64,000 nt of DNA from Heterodontus francisci. Lineage: Eukaryota. The notes beneath the pieces were generated by a model. That model made no database searches and had not been told where the DNA came from. It worked only from the letters and a program-made list of their open reading frames with translations. Position 1 is the stretch's first letter. The number at the start of each line of letters is the position of its first letter. Position numbers and translations under genes: made by a program. Location: assembly GCF_036365525.1 (NCBI RefSeq), contig NC_090399.1, positions 54,468,430 to 54,532,429 of the forward strand, given 5' to 3'. This document shows, in pieces, positions 36,680 through 49,961 of the stretch.

Positions 36680-38812
36680 TGCTTTCTATCATTGATGCAA
36701 AAAACAGAGCCTTGATGCACAACAAAAAACCAACAGCTAAGACACGGCATGATCTGAAAGTAGTCAAACAGCAGTGCAAAAGCGAAGGACATACTTGTGC
36801 AAACAAACACTGAGCAGCTTATGTCAAGAAATCCAAAACTGCATGTGACAAAACAAATCTACGAGCTCTTATGAAGAGATCAAGAGGGTTCTTGATCACC
36901 AAAGTTGCTCCCCTGAAGTCAGCAGCTGTTGACGTACTCAGTGACAGAAGTAAACAGTTGTCCGACTGGGCTGAACACTACTGTGACCTATACTCCTGTG
37001 AGTCGGACAACTCCCAGTCTACACTCAATGCTCTCCCACAACTTCCTGTCATGGATGAGTTAGACGAAGAACCCTCATCATTGGAGCTTGAGAAGGCCAT
37101 AGACCGCCTCACGAACAGATGGGAAAGGACGGAATCCCGGCCGATCAAGCATGGAAGGTCCCATCTATTGCCACACCTTTATGCCCTTCTCCTTCCCTGC
37201 TGGAAAGTAGGCTGTGTTCCATATGAGATGCACAATGCCTAAATCATGACAATATACAAAACAAAGACAACAGAGGAGACCGCAACAACTATAGGGGCAT
37301 CTCACTTCTCAGTGTCACAGGGAGCCTTTGCTAGGGTCATACTTAAAAGACGCCATTTCCTTGCAGGCCGAGTGTACTCGGAAGCGCAGTGCGGTTTCCA
37401 TGTCTGCAGATCTACTATGGATATGATCCTCTCCATTTGCCAGCTACAAGAGAAGTGAGGGAACAGAGTATACCCCTTTACCTTACTTTTGTAGATCTCA
37501 CTAAGGCATTTGACACTATCAGCAGAGCAGGGCTCTACAAGATCTTGGGAAAAATTGGCTGTCCACTAAAGCTCCTCAATCTCATCCGCTCCTTCCATGA
37601 CAACATACACTGCACTGTACAGTTTCAGAGTGAAGAATGGAGTGAAACAGGGGTGTGTCCTAGTCCCCACTCTGTTTGGCATCTTCTTCTCCATTCTCCT
37701 GACCTTCGCCTTCCCTGCAGATATGGAAGGAGTCTACTTGCACACTAGGTCAGACGGCCAGCTTTACAATCTATCAAGGCTGAAATCAAAGTCAAAAACA
37801 CATCACATCCTGATCAGAAAACTCCTCTACACTGATGATGCTGTGCTAGTCGTTCTCAGCTATAAAAACTCATGGACTGTCTCTCCCGTGCCTGTAACTT
37901 GTTCTCCTTGACTATAAGCATCAAGAAAACTGTGGACATGGGATAAGGTGTTGCATCTCTGTCCCTGACCACACTAAATAATATCCCACTGGATGTCAGT
38001 GGCAAATTCTGCTACCTTAGATCCACGGTGACAGACAATCTGTCCCTTGATGCAGAGCTCGATACTCGCACAGAGAAAGCAGCTACCACCTTTTGTCGAC
38101 TTGCGAAATGCGCATGGGATAACATCAAGCTGACCCTTAGGACCAAGCTGATGGTTTATAAAGCCTGTTGTCTCAGCACCTTGCTGTATGGCTGTGAAAC
38201 ATGGGTGACTTACAGCTACCAGGACAAGAAGCTCAATAATTTCCATCTTCGCTGTCTGTGGCACATTATGTGTATATCCTGGCAGGACAAAATCACAAAT
38301 TCACAGTCCTCTCAAAGGCAGAATTCCCAAGTTGTTGTGTTGGCACTAATCAAATAGAGGCAGCTTTGGTGGATCAGACAAGTCCACAGGATGGAAGGCA
38401 GTCACATACCCAAGGACCTTCTGTATGGTGAGGCAGCCGGGGTGAGGTGACCAGTGAAGCACCAAAGCTCCACTTCAAAGATGCTTGCAAGCATGACATG
38501 AAGGCCCTAAACATCAACTATCGCACCTGGGAGTCACTAGCTGGCGAAAGAGGGAAATGGCGACACATCCTGTGGGCTGGTGTGCACGACCACGATGACC
38601 AGTTACTACAGCAGCTCGGCAACAGGCGCCAATGTCAAAAACAACAACTCATGGCATCACTTGGCAGCTTCATGTGCAGCACTTGTGGCAGAACCTGCCT
38701 CTCAAGAATTGGCCTTCACAGCCATCAACAAAGGTTCACCAAGAGAAGACACCCCACCTAAATGAATTGTCTGCGACATGCCCATCATCTTTCATAGATG
38801 GAAGGATGTCAA
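36680..38812 (+). mobile_element. Older RTE-clade LINE inserted in the protease region
   Basis: FVDLTKAFD, GVKQGCVLVP, LLYTDD, STLLYGCETW and the terminal CxxC..H zinc finger. Many frameshifts. Confidence 0.9.
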
Positions 38813-40289
38813 CTAGATATTTGTTCTGCTTTCCAGTGGCATTTCTGTCAGTTTGCCTGCCTGTAGAGTTTGAAAACAACTGGTATTCCTGAGGATGGTT
38901 CTCTCCTTGTCCGGTGCCTGGGACACAAAAGGAGTCATTTATCCTTTGTGCAAAAAGTTCTTATATACGCTCTATTCTTTCATTATATTAGAACACAGGC
39001 TTACCACTTTCAAAGCCGCAGATACAGGCATGGCTAGAGCGCCTCCTGCTGTTTTTCTTTGGCATACCAACAATTGGCTTGGACTTGCCCAGATATGCCA
39101 CATTGGAAACATGTCGGGCAGACCCCTACTGATTTATCCCATCGGTTTATTCTTTTAAAAGTTGGAGACTGGTCTGGTTTTCCTTCCCTGCTCTCCTTTT
39201 CTCTCGAACCCATTTCTGCTTCCTCAGCATCCCTGCTATCTCTCCTTAGCTGTTGCGAGTTACTAGACCCAAATTTATTTGGCGTTAGGGATTTGTGTAT
39301 TAATTCATAGTCATCTGCCATTTTAGCTGCTTCCTTTGCTCTTGTGACTTTTTGTTCTGCAATGTGGGTTCTTATACTACTTGGGATGCTATTTTTAAAT
39401 TCTTCCAGTATCATCACTTCTCTCAATTTTTAATATGAGCGTTCTAGCTTGAGAGATCATATCAGAGATCAAAAGCGATATGTTTAATTCCTTCAAATTC
39501 AATGCAAGTCTGTGTGGGTCTTTTCCGGGTCTTTCAGAATCTCTGTCTATATGCTTCAGGTACAAGCTCATATGCATTTAGAATTGCAATATTAGTTTGT
39601 TCATAACTTTTTTCTGATAACAGAAAAAGGTTTCACGAGCCTTGCCCACGAAATTGCCTTGTAAGAGGAGAGGCCAAAATTCTTTCTGCCATTTTAGCCT
39701 GGTAACTATTCGAGATAAAATAGGACTCAGCCTCCTCCTCATTAAATTTTGGCACCAGCCTTGAGTGTCTCAGTGCCTCAAAGTTTTACTTTGAATTGGA
39801 GTTTGAGTAGCTGGTAGCATTTTCATTTTGGGTTTGCAATCTCGGTAACTGAACCCTCCGTAATTATATTTCCTCCTCCTTTCTTTCCTTTTGTAACTGA
39901 AACTCTCTTTCCTCTTTTTCACTTTGTAACTGAAACTGTCTTTCTTCTTTTTCCTTCTGCAACTGTATTTCTTCCTTTTTCATCCGCAACTGGATTCTAG
40001 CTAGAATTATTTTTTTTCAAGTCTCTGCTTCCATGTGTCCAAGTTTAAAATGGTTGGTTAGACTTTTCACTAGTTCAGGTTTCTTTGCTTTTTGTCTGAA
40101 AGTGATTCTACCGCTTTAGCTAAGCTTTTTAAATCTTCAACACTTAGTTTGTTTATCCTATCATGGGACATCCCTGCTCTATAAACTCCTTAGCATTAAA
40201 TGTGGCCATCTCTTTTGCTTCAAGAACCATAGAGAAAAAACAGAGGAATACAAGAAAACCTGTTTGTTTATTTTTCCACAATTTTGCAA

Positions 40290-40892
40290 AGAACGAAGAA
40301 CAGTACAGCACAGGAACAGGCCATTCGGCCCCTCAAGCCTGCGCCGATCTTGATGCTTGCCTAAACTAAAACCTTATGCACTTCTGGGGACCGTATCCCT
40401 CTATTCCCATCCTATTCATGTATTTGTCAAGATGCCTCTTAAACGTCGCTATTGTACCTGCTTCCACCACCTCCCCCGACAGCAAGTTCCAGGCACTCAC
40501 CCCCCTCTGTGTAAAGAACTTGCCTCGCACATCCCCTCTAAACTTTTCCCCTCTCACCTTAAACCTATGTCCCCTAGTAACTGACTCTTCCACCCTGGGA
40601 AAAAGCTTCTGACTATCCACTCTGTCCATGCCGCTCATAACTTTGTCAACCTCTATCATGTCGCCCCTCCACCTCCGTCGTTCCAGTGAAAACAATCCAA
40701 GTTTATCTAACCTCTCCTCATAACTAATGCCCTCCAGACCAGGCAACATCCTGTTAAACCTCTTCTGTACCCTGTCCAAAGCCTCCACGTCCTTCTGGTA
40801 GTGTGGCGACCAGAATTGCACGCAATATTCTGAGTGTAACCTAATTAAGGTTCTGTACAGCTGCAGCATGACTTGCCAATTTTTATACTCCA
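40290..40892 (-). mobile_element. CR1 3' fragment
   Basis: EYCVQFWSPH...FFTQRGVSAWNLL, with (AAG)-type tail. Confidence 0.92.
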
Positions 40893-41181
40893 ATTTTTAG
40901 AGGTCAGATTTCCTCCCGTTTGCCAAATCTCTCGTTTATCTGACGATTCAGTTCCTGGCTTCGAGCACCCAATTTGTTAGGACCATGTGGCATGAGGTGG
41001 GTGATTCCCACTGTTCAACTCCCCAACTGATCACAGCAAATGTATTTGTATTAGAGTTTAGCTCCTTGGGGTTTTATTTTTCAAATAGACAGCGAGAGGT
41101 TTTCTTGCAGGTTTTAAAAAAACATAAAGTCAAATACATATTGATCAATACGCCTTATCCCAAAACTCTCACAACCACATC

Positions 41182-41351
41182 NNNNNNNNNNNNNNNNNNN
41201 NNNNNNNNNNNNNNNNNNNNNNNNNNNNNNNNNNNNNNNNNNNNNNNNNNNNNNNNNNNNNNNNNNNNNNNNNNNNNNNNNNNNNNNNNNNNNNNNNNNN
41301 NNNNNNNNNNNNNNNNNNNNNNNNNNNNNNNNNNNNNNNNNNNNNNNNNNN
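41182..41351. other. Assembly gap (170 N)
   Basis: Run of N inside the 5' LTR. Confidence 1.
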
Positions 41352-42329
41352 GTGGGTGGAAAGGTTATGACATACCTTTTGAAGTCTCTCGAAAATCAAG
41401 TTCTCAGTGGATGCAGACCTGAGATGATTGTAGATTTCTCTCTTGAGTAAAAGTTCAATTGAAGATGATGGGTAACTTCTCAGTCTCACTGCTGTATAAT
41501 GCAGATGTTGGATTCTGCAACGGGGCATGTGCTTTTGTTGGCTTGGCCGGAACACAAACTTGTAGGATGTTACTTTTTGCTCACTCTCTCGTGTCTTTTT
41601 TTTAAGGCAAAGCTGTTATCTCTCACCTCCTGTTAGCAGACTCTCTGGTCTGTTTCCCATGGTGATCACACAATGGCCCAGGACGTGGCTACTTCCCGCT
41701 CCTTTGTTTCAGAGGAAGACATTCAATTCTGGAACGTTTTAGGATACGTGTATGATGGGTTCAGTTGACACTTATCCCTTTTTTCTTCTGTGGCCTTTTT
41801 GGACCATTGTTCACTTTTTAAAATAAAGGTTCATTTTCATAACTCTCCAGAGTTAGTCCATGATTGTTGTATCATTGCACTTCCAGTATGTGTGGCACTA
41901 TATAATATTCATAATATAAACTTTCTGCATGTAACGAGTGTTTTAATAATGCTTCTAATTAAACAGGTATTTGTTTACAGTTATCAGTGATCTGGGTGTG
42001 CCTGCTTCTCACTACAAAGCATGTAGTAAAATATTTAAAAAGTTCCCCTCTCTAGAACAAGGCTGAACTCACCTGATGCCCATCGCCAGCCTTGGTACCT
42101 GTGGGTCTAGTTGACAATCTTTCTGCTGCCCTCAGTGCTTCTCAGTGCCCATTCCCCTTCTCAATGAGACAGTTAACCCACTCAGCAATCCATATGGGGC
42201 AGTCGCACTCCACTCCTGCCTCCCAGCTCACAACGAGCCTGTCTCCAGCTGCTGCTCAGTTATTTCACAGATCCCTGGAAAGTCTTTACAGACCCCCCGG
42301 AGTCCTTGGACCCAGGTTTGACCACCTTT

Positions 42330-43852
42330 TTTCCCCCCAAATATATTTTATTCATACAATTTATACAAATATATTACATACCACTTTAAATTTGACAATA
42401 AATTAAGTGTGATACAGATCAGTTTCTTTCAATACACTACCTGCGGTACCTCACTTCTCTTGCCATTTCAGGTATTTCAACAATGTACATTTACATTACA
42501 CGTCAAACATTCCCTGGTCATACAGCCCGAGGGATTTTACACAGTTTCCATCCCCTCGGTATGCTATGGTGGCAGGGCCTTACACAGTGGCCTATTCCCA
42601 TTGAGCCTTTGCAGCAGCTGCCCCAAGCTTTTGTGCGTCCCTCAGCACATAGTCCAGGACCTTGGAATGTGTCAGTCTGCCACACTCGGTCATGGACAGC
42701 TCTTTGCATTGGAGGACCAGCAGGTTTCCGGCAGACCAAAGTGTGTTTTTCATTGACTTGATGATCCTCCAGCTATAGTTGATGTTTATCTCAGTGTGAG
42801 TCCCTGGGAACAGCCCATAGTGCACTGAGTCCTGCATAATGGAGCTGCTCGGGATGAACCCGGACAAAAAACACCGCATCTCTTTCCAGACCTGCTTTTC
42901 AAAGGTATATTCCAGAAGGAGGTAGGCCATGGTCCCTTCCCCACCACAGCCGCCTTGAGGGCAGTGTGCGGAGGTGGTGAGACTCTGGTCGTGCAGGAAG
43001 GATCTTACAGGGAGGGCCCTTCTCACCACCAGTCAATCGATGTCTTGGTGCTTGTTTGAAAGTTCTGGCAATGAGGCATTCTGTCAAATGAGGTTGAAAG
43101 TCTGCTTGGAGAACCATCCGACGGGATCCACCATCTCCTTTTCCCTCAAGGTCTTGAGGATGTTCCGTGCAGACCACTGCCTGATGGACTTGTGATCAAA
43201 GGTGTTTTTCAGTACAAAGATTTCCATGAGGGATGGATGGTACGACACGGTCCAAATCAATGGAGCATTCCGCAGCAACATGGCCAGACCCATCCTTCAT
43301 AAGACCATGGACAAATAGAACCACAGCACGTAGTAACACTTAGTTTTTGCGTACCGGGGGTCTACGCACGGCTTGATGCAGTCACCGATAAAGTTGGCCA
43401 TCAGGATGAGGGGGACATTGGGTACATTTTTTCTTCCTTTATATAGAGGCTTGAAAATCACATCCCTGCAGACACAGTCCATTTTCAATTTTCAGATAAA
43501 GCGGTAGCTGGCTCTGGTGACCGCCACAGCGCAGGAGTGGGGTATGGGCCAGAACTGCGCCACGTACAGCAATACTGAGAGCACCTCGAACCTGATGACC
43601 AGTTTCTTACTGGCAATGGAGAGGGAGCGCTGCTCCCAAATGACCAGTTTCCGTTTCACCATGGCTGCTCACCCCTTTCAGTTTTTGGCACACTCCCCAG
43701 CCCCTCCAAATCATATTCCCAGCACCTTCACAACACACACAATGGGCCAAGCGGCCTCTTTCTATGCCTTAAGCTTTCTCTGATTCAGCCTTCAGGTAGT
43801 CTGACCTGACAGTGAAGGGAACAAAGGATTAGTCAACCCGGCTTCCAAAGAA
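42330..43852 (-). mobile_element. Tx1-clade (L1 group) LINE 3' part
   Basis: AHCPQGGCGGEGTMAYLLLEY..VW zinc-finger region, YGLFPGTH, SKVLDYVLRDAQKLGAAAAKAQW. AATAAA and A-rich end on - at ~42326-42352. Confidence 0.85.
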
Positions 43853-43854
43853 CA

Positions 43855-44292
43855 TGTGTTAATCTGTTAATTGTGTGTCAACGGCTGGATGACATGCAGG
43901 TGAAGGATGTTAATTGTGGTTTTAATTGAGCACTTATAAGCAGACACTCACTGAGACTCGTGATGGGTTCTGAGTGAGGAGCTACATGTTTGTAATCCTT
44001 TTATTCTGCACAATAAATGTGAAACTGAGTAAATATAAGCTCCAGAATTATCCTTCAATAACAAGCTTTCTGGAATTTAACATGGCAGCAGACAACGGCT
44101 GCCTAAAGCTTGAAGGTTGGAAAATAGAAACACTTTTTTTTTGGATAGAAAACTAAAATCTCAAGTGCTATCGCAGAAAATATAGCAGAAAGAAAGGCAG
44201 AAAGCAAGTGTAAATTATTAGCGTATGATTACCCTCCGGTGTTCTTGGAGTCTGAACCATATGACCAGTGGAAGAATGAAGCGGATATGTGA
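43855..44292 (+). mobile_element. LTR + PBS + gag start of a probable Ty1/Copia (GalEa-like) element, truncated
   Basis: LTR ends TTTAACA (44082). TGGCAGCAGACAACGG resembles the tRNA-iMet PBS TGGTAGCAGAGGATGG. Then AYDYPPVFLESEPYDQWKNEADM (44221-44289). Confidence 0.6.
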
Positions 44293-44299
44293 GACCACC

Positions 44300-46015
44300 C
44301 GATCAGGTAAACACACAGCAAATCCCGTGTAAGAGCAGCCTTGGTCATGGTATGATGTAGACATTTGGGCCACCCACTATCTCGTCAGACTGTACAAAGG
44401 TATTGTCAATATAAATGACTGGGAGGGTACATTGATGTGGTTCTCCTGAGTATAATAGATGGTCAGGAAGGAGTGTGGTATGTTTTGCTGTGACGTCTAA
44501 ATATCCAGCCTGTCTTAAGAGAGTCCAATGGTTTAACCTGGCCGAGGATACCATGGTGTTACCAGGTTTCAATAACAAATTCAGCAGTGTGTGAGTGGAG
44601 TGCAGGTAACATTTTGGAATCCTAAAATGCTTGATCGCCCAAAAGGTAGTGAGCATGTGTCATTCACTGTCATTATAACTCATTTCGACACCAGTGAGGG
44701 TACGTGACATGTAGGCATTTGATTGTAGCCGACCGTGGATCTCTCGACATAACACTGCAGTAAGACTTCAATCAGTGACAGCCACTTCAATGTGGAACAG
44801 CTTGTCTGGTTGTGGGGAGATGAGACATGTAGTTTGCATTATTCCCATTCTCAGTTGCTGTATTGTTTCTGTGTCTTCCTGACTCCACCACTGTCTTACT
44901 TGATCATCTGCGACTCACAGAAGAATCACAGAATTGTTACAGTGCAGAAGGAGGCCATTTGGCCCATCATGTTTGCACTAGCTCTCCGAAACAGCATTTC
45001 ACCTAGTGCCATCTCCCCGTAACACTGCACATTCTTCCGTTTCCTATCACAGACTAATTCCCTTTTGAATGCTTCAATTGAACCTGCCTTCACCACACTC
45101 TTACATAGTGCATTCCAGACCTTAACAACTTGCTGCGTGAGGAAGTTTTTCCTCATGTCGTTTTTGCTCCTTTTCCCAATTACTTTAAATCTGTGCCCTC
45201 TCGTTCTCGATCCTTTCACTGTTAATAAACCAGACAGTGGTATGGTGATTTCTACAAACTGATGGACGAACATTCTCTGATATCCCACCAATCCCAGGAA
45301 TGATGGCAAAGTGGTTTTCGATGTGGGAAGAGAGAGTGGGTGAATAATGTGGACTTTCTGCTGAATGGAGCTGCTTCCTTCCGGTGACACCATAGTATCA
45401 GGAACTGGCCTTCCTGCTGGAACAACTGAGCCTTTCCTCAGCTTCATTTTCAGTCCAGTGGCTTGTGAGACGCAGGAGCTCCGATGCGAGCTGTTTGTGT
45501 TCATCTCCTGTCTCAGTTGCGAAGGGCAGATCACCCACGTACTGCAACATAAACTCAGAATGGGAAATATTCTTCCCAGCTGTGCCATCCTTTTGTGGAA
45601 TATTGTTGGTGAATTGTGGAATCCTTGAGGCAAACATTTCCAAGTGTACTGCTGTGCATCAAATGTAAATTTATACTGACTCCAGAATCCAGTTCAAACA
45701 TCCAGGGTGGAGAACCGTTCTGCCTTCACTGGGAGCGAGGATTAAAGGGTTTTGGTTACCCAGAGAACAAGTTGAGGGTAAGTGAATGAAGTTGCCTGTG
45801 GTTTACGGTCAGTCTCGAAGATTTTTCAAGTTGAATCACAGGCCTGATTGGAGAATTTGACATGAACGTTTCCTTCTGAATCATTTCCTGTTATAAAAGT
45901 ATATCGAGTGAGGCCTTGATAATAGGGGATTGCTTTAGGGGTTGGTTAGGGGATCCTGTTATGTATTTCACTCCCATTAACTGTCTGTATTCGTGTTTGT
46001 GTTTAACAAACCTGC
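44300..46015 (-). mobile_element. Retrovirus-type pol fragment (RT + connection/tether), with a CR1 3' fragment inserted at ~44925-45215
   Basis: NSPIRPV..SRLTVNHRQL, FSTLDV.TGFWS, QQYTWKCLPQGFHNSPTIFH, LQYVGDL (from YVDDL), SFLGLVGYQR, VSSARLNHWTLL..GEPHQC. Confidence 0.85.
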
Positions 46016-46039
46016 CGGTGTATTTTGGAATGTCAGTTT

Positions 46040-46625
46040 TCACATACCCAGCTCTACCTCACCGCCATCTCTCTCGACCCCTCCACTCTCTCTAAGTTAT
46101 CCGACTGCTTATCCAACATCCAGTACTGGATGAGCAGAAAGTACCTCCAATTAAATATTGGGAAGGCTGAAGCCATTTTCATTGATCTCCATCACAAACT
46201 CCGCTCCCTGTCCACCCACTCTAGCCCTCTCTCTGGTAACCGTCTGAGGCTGAGCCAGTCTGTTTGAAACCTCACTCTCACATCTGACCTGAGATGAGTT
46301 TTCAACCACATAGCCACACCATCACAAAGCCCGCCTATTACCACATCTGTAACATCACCCGACTCTACCCCTGCCTCAGCTCTTCAACTGCCGGAACCCT
46401 CATTCATGCCTTTGTTAACTTAGGACTTGGCCGGCCTCCCACATTCTACCCTCCGTAAACTTGAGGTCATCCAAAACTCCACTGCTTGTCTCCTAAATCA
46501 CATCAAATCAGATTCACCCATCACCCCTCTGCTCGCTGACATACACTGGCTCCCAGTTAAACAACACCTTGATTTAAAAACTCTCATCCTTGTTTTCAAA
46601 TCCCTCCATGGCCTTACCCCACCCT
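46040..46625 (+). mobile_element. L2 LINE RT C-terminal fragment
   Basis: TQLYL..LSDCLSNIQYWMS..LQLNIGKAE, then ITPLLADIHWLPVKQ..ILVFKSLHGLTPPY. Confidence 0.9.
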
Positions 46626-47960
46626 ACCCCATCACATCAGACCCTCACTCCTGACTATGGGGAGACCACTCACTCCTCCCTACCCCATCACATCGGACCC
46701 TCACTCCCGATTGTGAGGAGACCACTCCCCCTCCCTACCCCATCACATCAGACCCTCACTCCGACTGTGGGGAGACCACTCCCTCCTCCCTACCCCATCA
46801 CATCGCACCCTCACTCCTGACTATGGGGAGACCACTCCCCCTCCCTACCCCATCACATCAGACCCCCACTCCTGACTATGGGGAGACCACTCCCTCCTCC
46901 CTACCCCATCACATCGCACCCTCACTCCCGATTGTGAGGAGACCACTCCCCCTCCCTACCCCATCACATCAGACCCTCACTCCTGACTATGGGGAGACCA
47001 CTCCCTCCTCCCTACCCCATCACATCGCACCCTCACTCCCGATTGTGAGGAGACCACTCCCCCTCCCTACCCCATCACATCAGACCCTCACTCCTGACTA
47101 TGGGGAGACCACTCCCTCCTCCCTACCCCATCACATCGCACCCTCACTCCCGATTGTGAGGAGACCACTCCCCCTCCCTACCCCATCACATCAGACCCTC
47201 ACTCCGACTGTGGGGAGACCACTCCCTCCTCCCTACCCCATCACATCGCACCCTCACTCCCGATTGTGAGGAGACCACTCCCCCTCCCTACCCCATCACA
47301 TCAGACCCTCACTCCGACTGTGGGGAGACCACTCCCTCCTCCTTACCCCATCACATCGGACCCTCACTCCCGATTGTGAGGAGACCACTCCTCCTCCCTA
47401 CCCCATCACATCAGACCCTCACTCCAACTGTGGGGAGACCACTCCCCCTCCCTACCCCATCACATCAGACCCTCACTCCTGACTATGGGGAGACCACTCC
47501 CCCTCCCTACCCCATCACATCAGACCCTCACTCCGACTGTGGGGAGACCACTCCCTCCTCCCTACCCCATCACATCGCACCCTCACTCCCGATTGTGAGG
47601 AGACCACTCCCTTCTCCCTACCCCATCACATCGCACCCTCACTCCCGATTGTGAGGAGACCAGTCCCTCCTCCTTACCCCATCACATCGGACCCTCATTC
47701 CTGACTATGGGGAGACCACTCCCTCCTCCCTACCCCATCACATCGGACCCTCACTCCCGATTGTGAGGAGACCACTCCCTCCTCCCTACCCCATCACATC
47801 AGACCCTCACTCCCGATTGTGAGGAGACCACTCCCTCCTCCCTACCCCATCACATCGGACCCTCACTCCCGATTGTGAGGAGACCACTCCCCCTCCCTAC
47901 CCCATCACATCAGACCCTCACTCCTGACTATGGGGAGACCACTCCCTACCCCATCACACA

Positions 47961-48324
47961 GGGCGGCACAGTGGCGCAGTGGTTAGCACCGCAACCTCAC
48001 AGCTCCAGGGACCCGGGTTCGATTCCGGGTACTGCCTGTGTGGAGTTTGTAAGTTCTCCCTGTGTCTGCGTGGGTTTTCTCCAGGTGCTCCGGTTTCCCT
48101 CCACAAGCCAAAAGACTTGCAGGTTGATAGGTAAATTGGCCATTATAAATTGTCACTAGTATAGGTAGGTGGTAGGGAAATATAGGGACAGGTGGGGATG
48201 TTTGGTAGGAATATGGGATTAGTGTAGGATTAGTATAAATGGGTGGTTGATGTTCGGCACAGACTCGGTGGGCCGAAGGGCCTGTTTCAGTGCTGTATCT
48301 CTAATCTAATCTAATCTAATCTAA
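47961..48324 (+). mobile_element. HE1-type SINE within the minisatellite
   Basis: A box TGGCGCAGTGG, B box GGTTCGATTCC, (CTAAT)n tail. Confidence 0.95.
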
Positions 48325-49597
48325 ATCAGACCCTCACTCCCGACTGTGAGAAGACTAGTCACCCCTCCCTACCCCATCACATCGGACCCTCACTCCCGAT
48401 TGTGAGGAGACCACTCCCCCCCGCCCTACCCCATCACATCAGACCCTCACTCCCGACTGTGGAGAGACCACTCCCCCTCCCTACCCCATCACATCAGACC
48501 CTCACTCCTGACTATGGGGAGATCACTCCCTCCTCCCTACCCCATCACATCAGACCCTCACTCCCGGCTGTGGGGAGATCACTCCCTCCTCCCTACCCCA
48601 TCACATCAGACCCTCACTCCCGACTGTGGAGTGACCACTCCCCCTCCCTACCCCATCACATCAGACCCTCACTCCTGACTATGGGGAGATCACTCCCTCC
48701 TCCCTACCCCATCACATCAGACCCTCACTCCCGGCTGTGGGGAGATCACTCCCTCCTCCCTACCCCATCACATCAGACCCTCACTCCCGACTGTGGGGAG
48801 ATCACTCCCTCCTCCCTACCCCATCACATCAGACCCTCACTCCTGACTATGGGGAGACCACTCCCTACCCCATCACATCAGACCCTCACACCCGACTGTG
48901 AGAAGACAAGTCCCACCTCACTGCCCATCACATCAGACCCTCACTCCCGACTGTGGAGAGACCACTCCCCCTCCGTACCCCATCACATCAGACCCTCACT
49001 CCTGACTATGGGGAGATCACTCCCTCCTCCCTACCCCATCACATCAGACCCTCACTCCCGGCTGTGGGGAGATCACTCCCTCCTCCCTACCCCATCACAT
49101 CAGACCCTCACTCCCGACTGTGGGGAGATCACTCCCTCCTCCCTACCCCATCACATCAGACCCTCACTCCTGACTATGGGGAGATCACTCCCTCCTCCCT
49201 ACCCCATCACATCAGACCCTCACTCCTGACTATGGGGAGATCACTCCCTTCTCCCTACCCCATCACATCGCACCCTCACTCCCGATTGTGAGGAGACCAG
49301 TCCCTCCTCCTTACCCCATCACATCGGACCCTCATTCCTGACTATGGGGAGACCACTCCCTCCTCCCTACCCCATCACATCGGACTCTCACTCCCGATTG
49401 TGAGGAGACCACTCCCTCCTCCCTACCCCATCACATCAGACCCTCACTCCCGATTGTGAGGAGACCACTCCCTCCTCCTTACCCCATCACATCGGACCCT
49501 CACTCCCGATTGTGAGGAGACCACTCCCCCTCCCTACCCCATCACATCAGACCCTCACTCCTGACTATGGGGAGACCACTCCCTACCCCATCACACA

Positions 49598-49961
49598 GGG
49601 CGGCACAGTGGCGCAGTGGTTAGCACCGCAACCTCACAGCTCCAGGGACCCGGGTTCGATTCCGGGTACTGCCTGTGTGGAGTTTGTAAGTTCTCCCTGT
49701 GTCTGCGTGGGTTTTCTCCGGGTGCTCCGGTTTCCCTCCACAAGCCAAAAGACTTGCAGGTTGATAGGTAAATTGGCCATTATAAATTGTCACTAGTATA
49801 GGTAGGTGGTAGGGAAATATAGGGACAGGTGGGGATGTTTGGTAGGAATATGGGATTAGTGTAGGATTAGTATAAATGGGTGGTTGATGTTCGGCACAGA
49901 CTCGGTGGGCCGAAGGGCCTGTTTCAGTGCTGTATCTCTAATCTAATCTAATCTAATCTAA
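49598..49961 (+). mobile_element. Duplicate of the HE1 SINE, offset 1637 bp
   Basis: Same junctions and tail as 47961-48324. One substitution noticed. Confidence 0.95.

Larger units (their letters stand above)
33887..41897 (-). mobile_element. Two-LTR Gmr1-like element, non-autonomous (gag + protease only)
   Basis: Homologous LTRs at 33887-35418 and ~40975-41897. PPT GGGGGAGG on - at 35419-35426. Pro-like PBS at ~40955-40972. Gag ILEEFKNSIP..CFQCGISGQVQANC. Protease halves lie either side of an RTE. Flanks CTAC/CTAT. Confidence 0.85.
33802..42327. mobile_element. hAT/Charlie-like non-autonomous element (33802-33886 + 41898-42327) split by the LTR element
   Basis: Left end CAGTGCTTCTCAAACT. 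Right end GGACCCAGGTTTGACCAC resembles the degenerate inverse. Confidence 0.5.
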
